A DNA stretch of 64,000 nt from Callorhinchus milii (Eukaryota): assembly GCF_018977255.1 (NCBI RefSeq), contig NW_024704742.1, positions 8,744,001-8,808,000 on the forward strand, given 5' to 3'. Numbering within the stretch: position 1 is the first letter of the stretch; every line of letters begins with the position of its first letter. The notes beneath the pieces were generated by a model, which had not been told where the DNA came from, searched no databases, and was given only the letters and a program-made list of their open reading frames with translations. Made by a program: the position numbers and the translations under genes. Of this stretch, positions 62,842 through 64,000 are shown one piece after another.

Positions 62842-63555
62842 CAGTGGAAGCCAGTTAAGACGGATACATCAGGGAAGGACATTTTATCCGGCTTAAGAAG
62901 CATCCGAGGGTAGGAGGAGCTCCACCGATGCCGTATAATATGTAATAATGTTGTTTCACTTGAACCAATGTTAACTAACAGTGAAAGTTAAAATACACTG
63001 TTCACAATTCAGTAAAATATATTTACTTTGGCTGCAAAATGTAAGACAATACTTTCCTGCCCAGCAGGGGAGCGACTACCTCCCTCCCATTGCTGTTCTC
63101 ATTGGACGGGAAGGGGACCAATTAGCGGGGGCCTGAAGTAATTGACAGCACGGAGCCACTTTTGATTGGATGGACTCCAGCCAATCACAAGTGGCTCAGC
63201 TGTCAATCAATCAGTTTCCCTCCCTTGTTCTGCCCCATTCCTCTGCGCCCCCCCCCGCCACTGATTGACAGCCCAACTGCAGCTGCTTGCGAGTGGCTGG
63301 AGTCCGCTGTCAAATCAATCGTAGACTCCTCCCATCTTCATCCCGGAACCCCTTGGCTGAATGGATGCACACAAGGCCCCAGCGAGTACACTAGCGGTGA
63401 CCAGCACAGCATTTTGCTCAGAATTAATGGATTTTTGTCCAAATCAACTGTCATATTTACAGCAGGTAAAAATACAAATGAATCGGGCCGGGTGTTTTCA
63501 TCAATTTACCAGACGTCTGAGGTTAACCGACATCCGGTAAAAGCGGATTCCACTG
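62842..63555. mobile_element. Tc1/mariner-superfamily (Tigger/pogo-like) non-autonomous element
   Basis: Imperfect TIRs cagtggaagccagttaagacggat / atccggtaaaagcggattccactg; TA on the left, TG on the right; no transposase. Confidence 0.65.
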
Positions 63556-63930
63556 TGGAGACTACAGAGGCGGGGATTGTTCTTCTTAAGACCAGAAAGG
63601 ATTGAAGGGAGATTTAATAGGTGTTCAAAATTATGAGGGGTTTTGCTAGAGTAGATAGGGAGAAACTGTTTCCACTGGCCGGTGGGTCGGTAACCAGGGC
63701 ACATAGATTTAAGATAACTGGCAAAAGAACCAGAGGGGAGAAGAGACAATTTTTTTTTAAACCAGAAAGTTGTTCCTGATGGAATATGGTGGAAACAGGT
63801 TCAATAACAACTTTCAAAAAGGAATTAGACAGGTACTTGAAAAGGAAGAAAAGGAAGAATTTGCAGGGCTATGGGGTAAGATTGGGGGAGTGGAACTAGT
63901 TAGTAGCTCTTTCAAAGAGACGGCACAGGC
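63556..63930 (+). mobile_element. CR1-clade LINE 3' fragment
   Basis: agaaggttgaagggagatttaataggtgttcaaaattatg...gagaaactgtttccactgg...agctctttcaaagagacggcacaggc; same family as 18755-19385. Confidence 0.85.
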
Positions 63931-64000
63931 AAGTCCCCAGCTTGCCATTAATAACACTGTCTGGCACGCTACCCACTGCGTGTCCAGCTGGGATGGATAT

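Overview
Vertebrate genomic DNA, most likely a cartilaginous fish (inferred from abundant L2/CR1 LINEs and Deu-domain tRNA-SINEs with L2-type tails). The minus strand carries a complete 19-exon SRP72 gene (CDS 28010->2518, 664 aa, all introns GT-AG) and a 3-coding-exon SMIM19 gene (61506->55676, 98 aa). About 20 kb (13023-32694) is repeated almost identically at 32795-52866 across a 30-N gap, giving a second copy of SRP72 exons 1-9; this is most likely an uncollapsed haplotype (false duplication). A young near-full-length L2 element sits in SRP72 intron 9. GC-skewed minisatellites surround both first exons. The most interesting unexplained element is in the last SRP72 intron: a ~470-nt inverted repeat enclosing a candidate 379-nt poison exon with an immediate stop codon. 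Its splice sites face each other across the stem, it has a UG-rich loop, and it contains a 17-nt stretch that appears antisense to SRP (7SL) RNA. This suggests a possible structure-based autoregulatory splicing/NMD switch, which remains a hypothesis.
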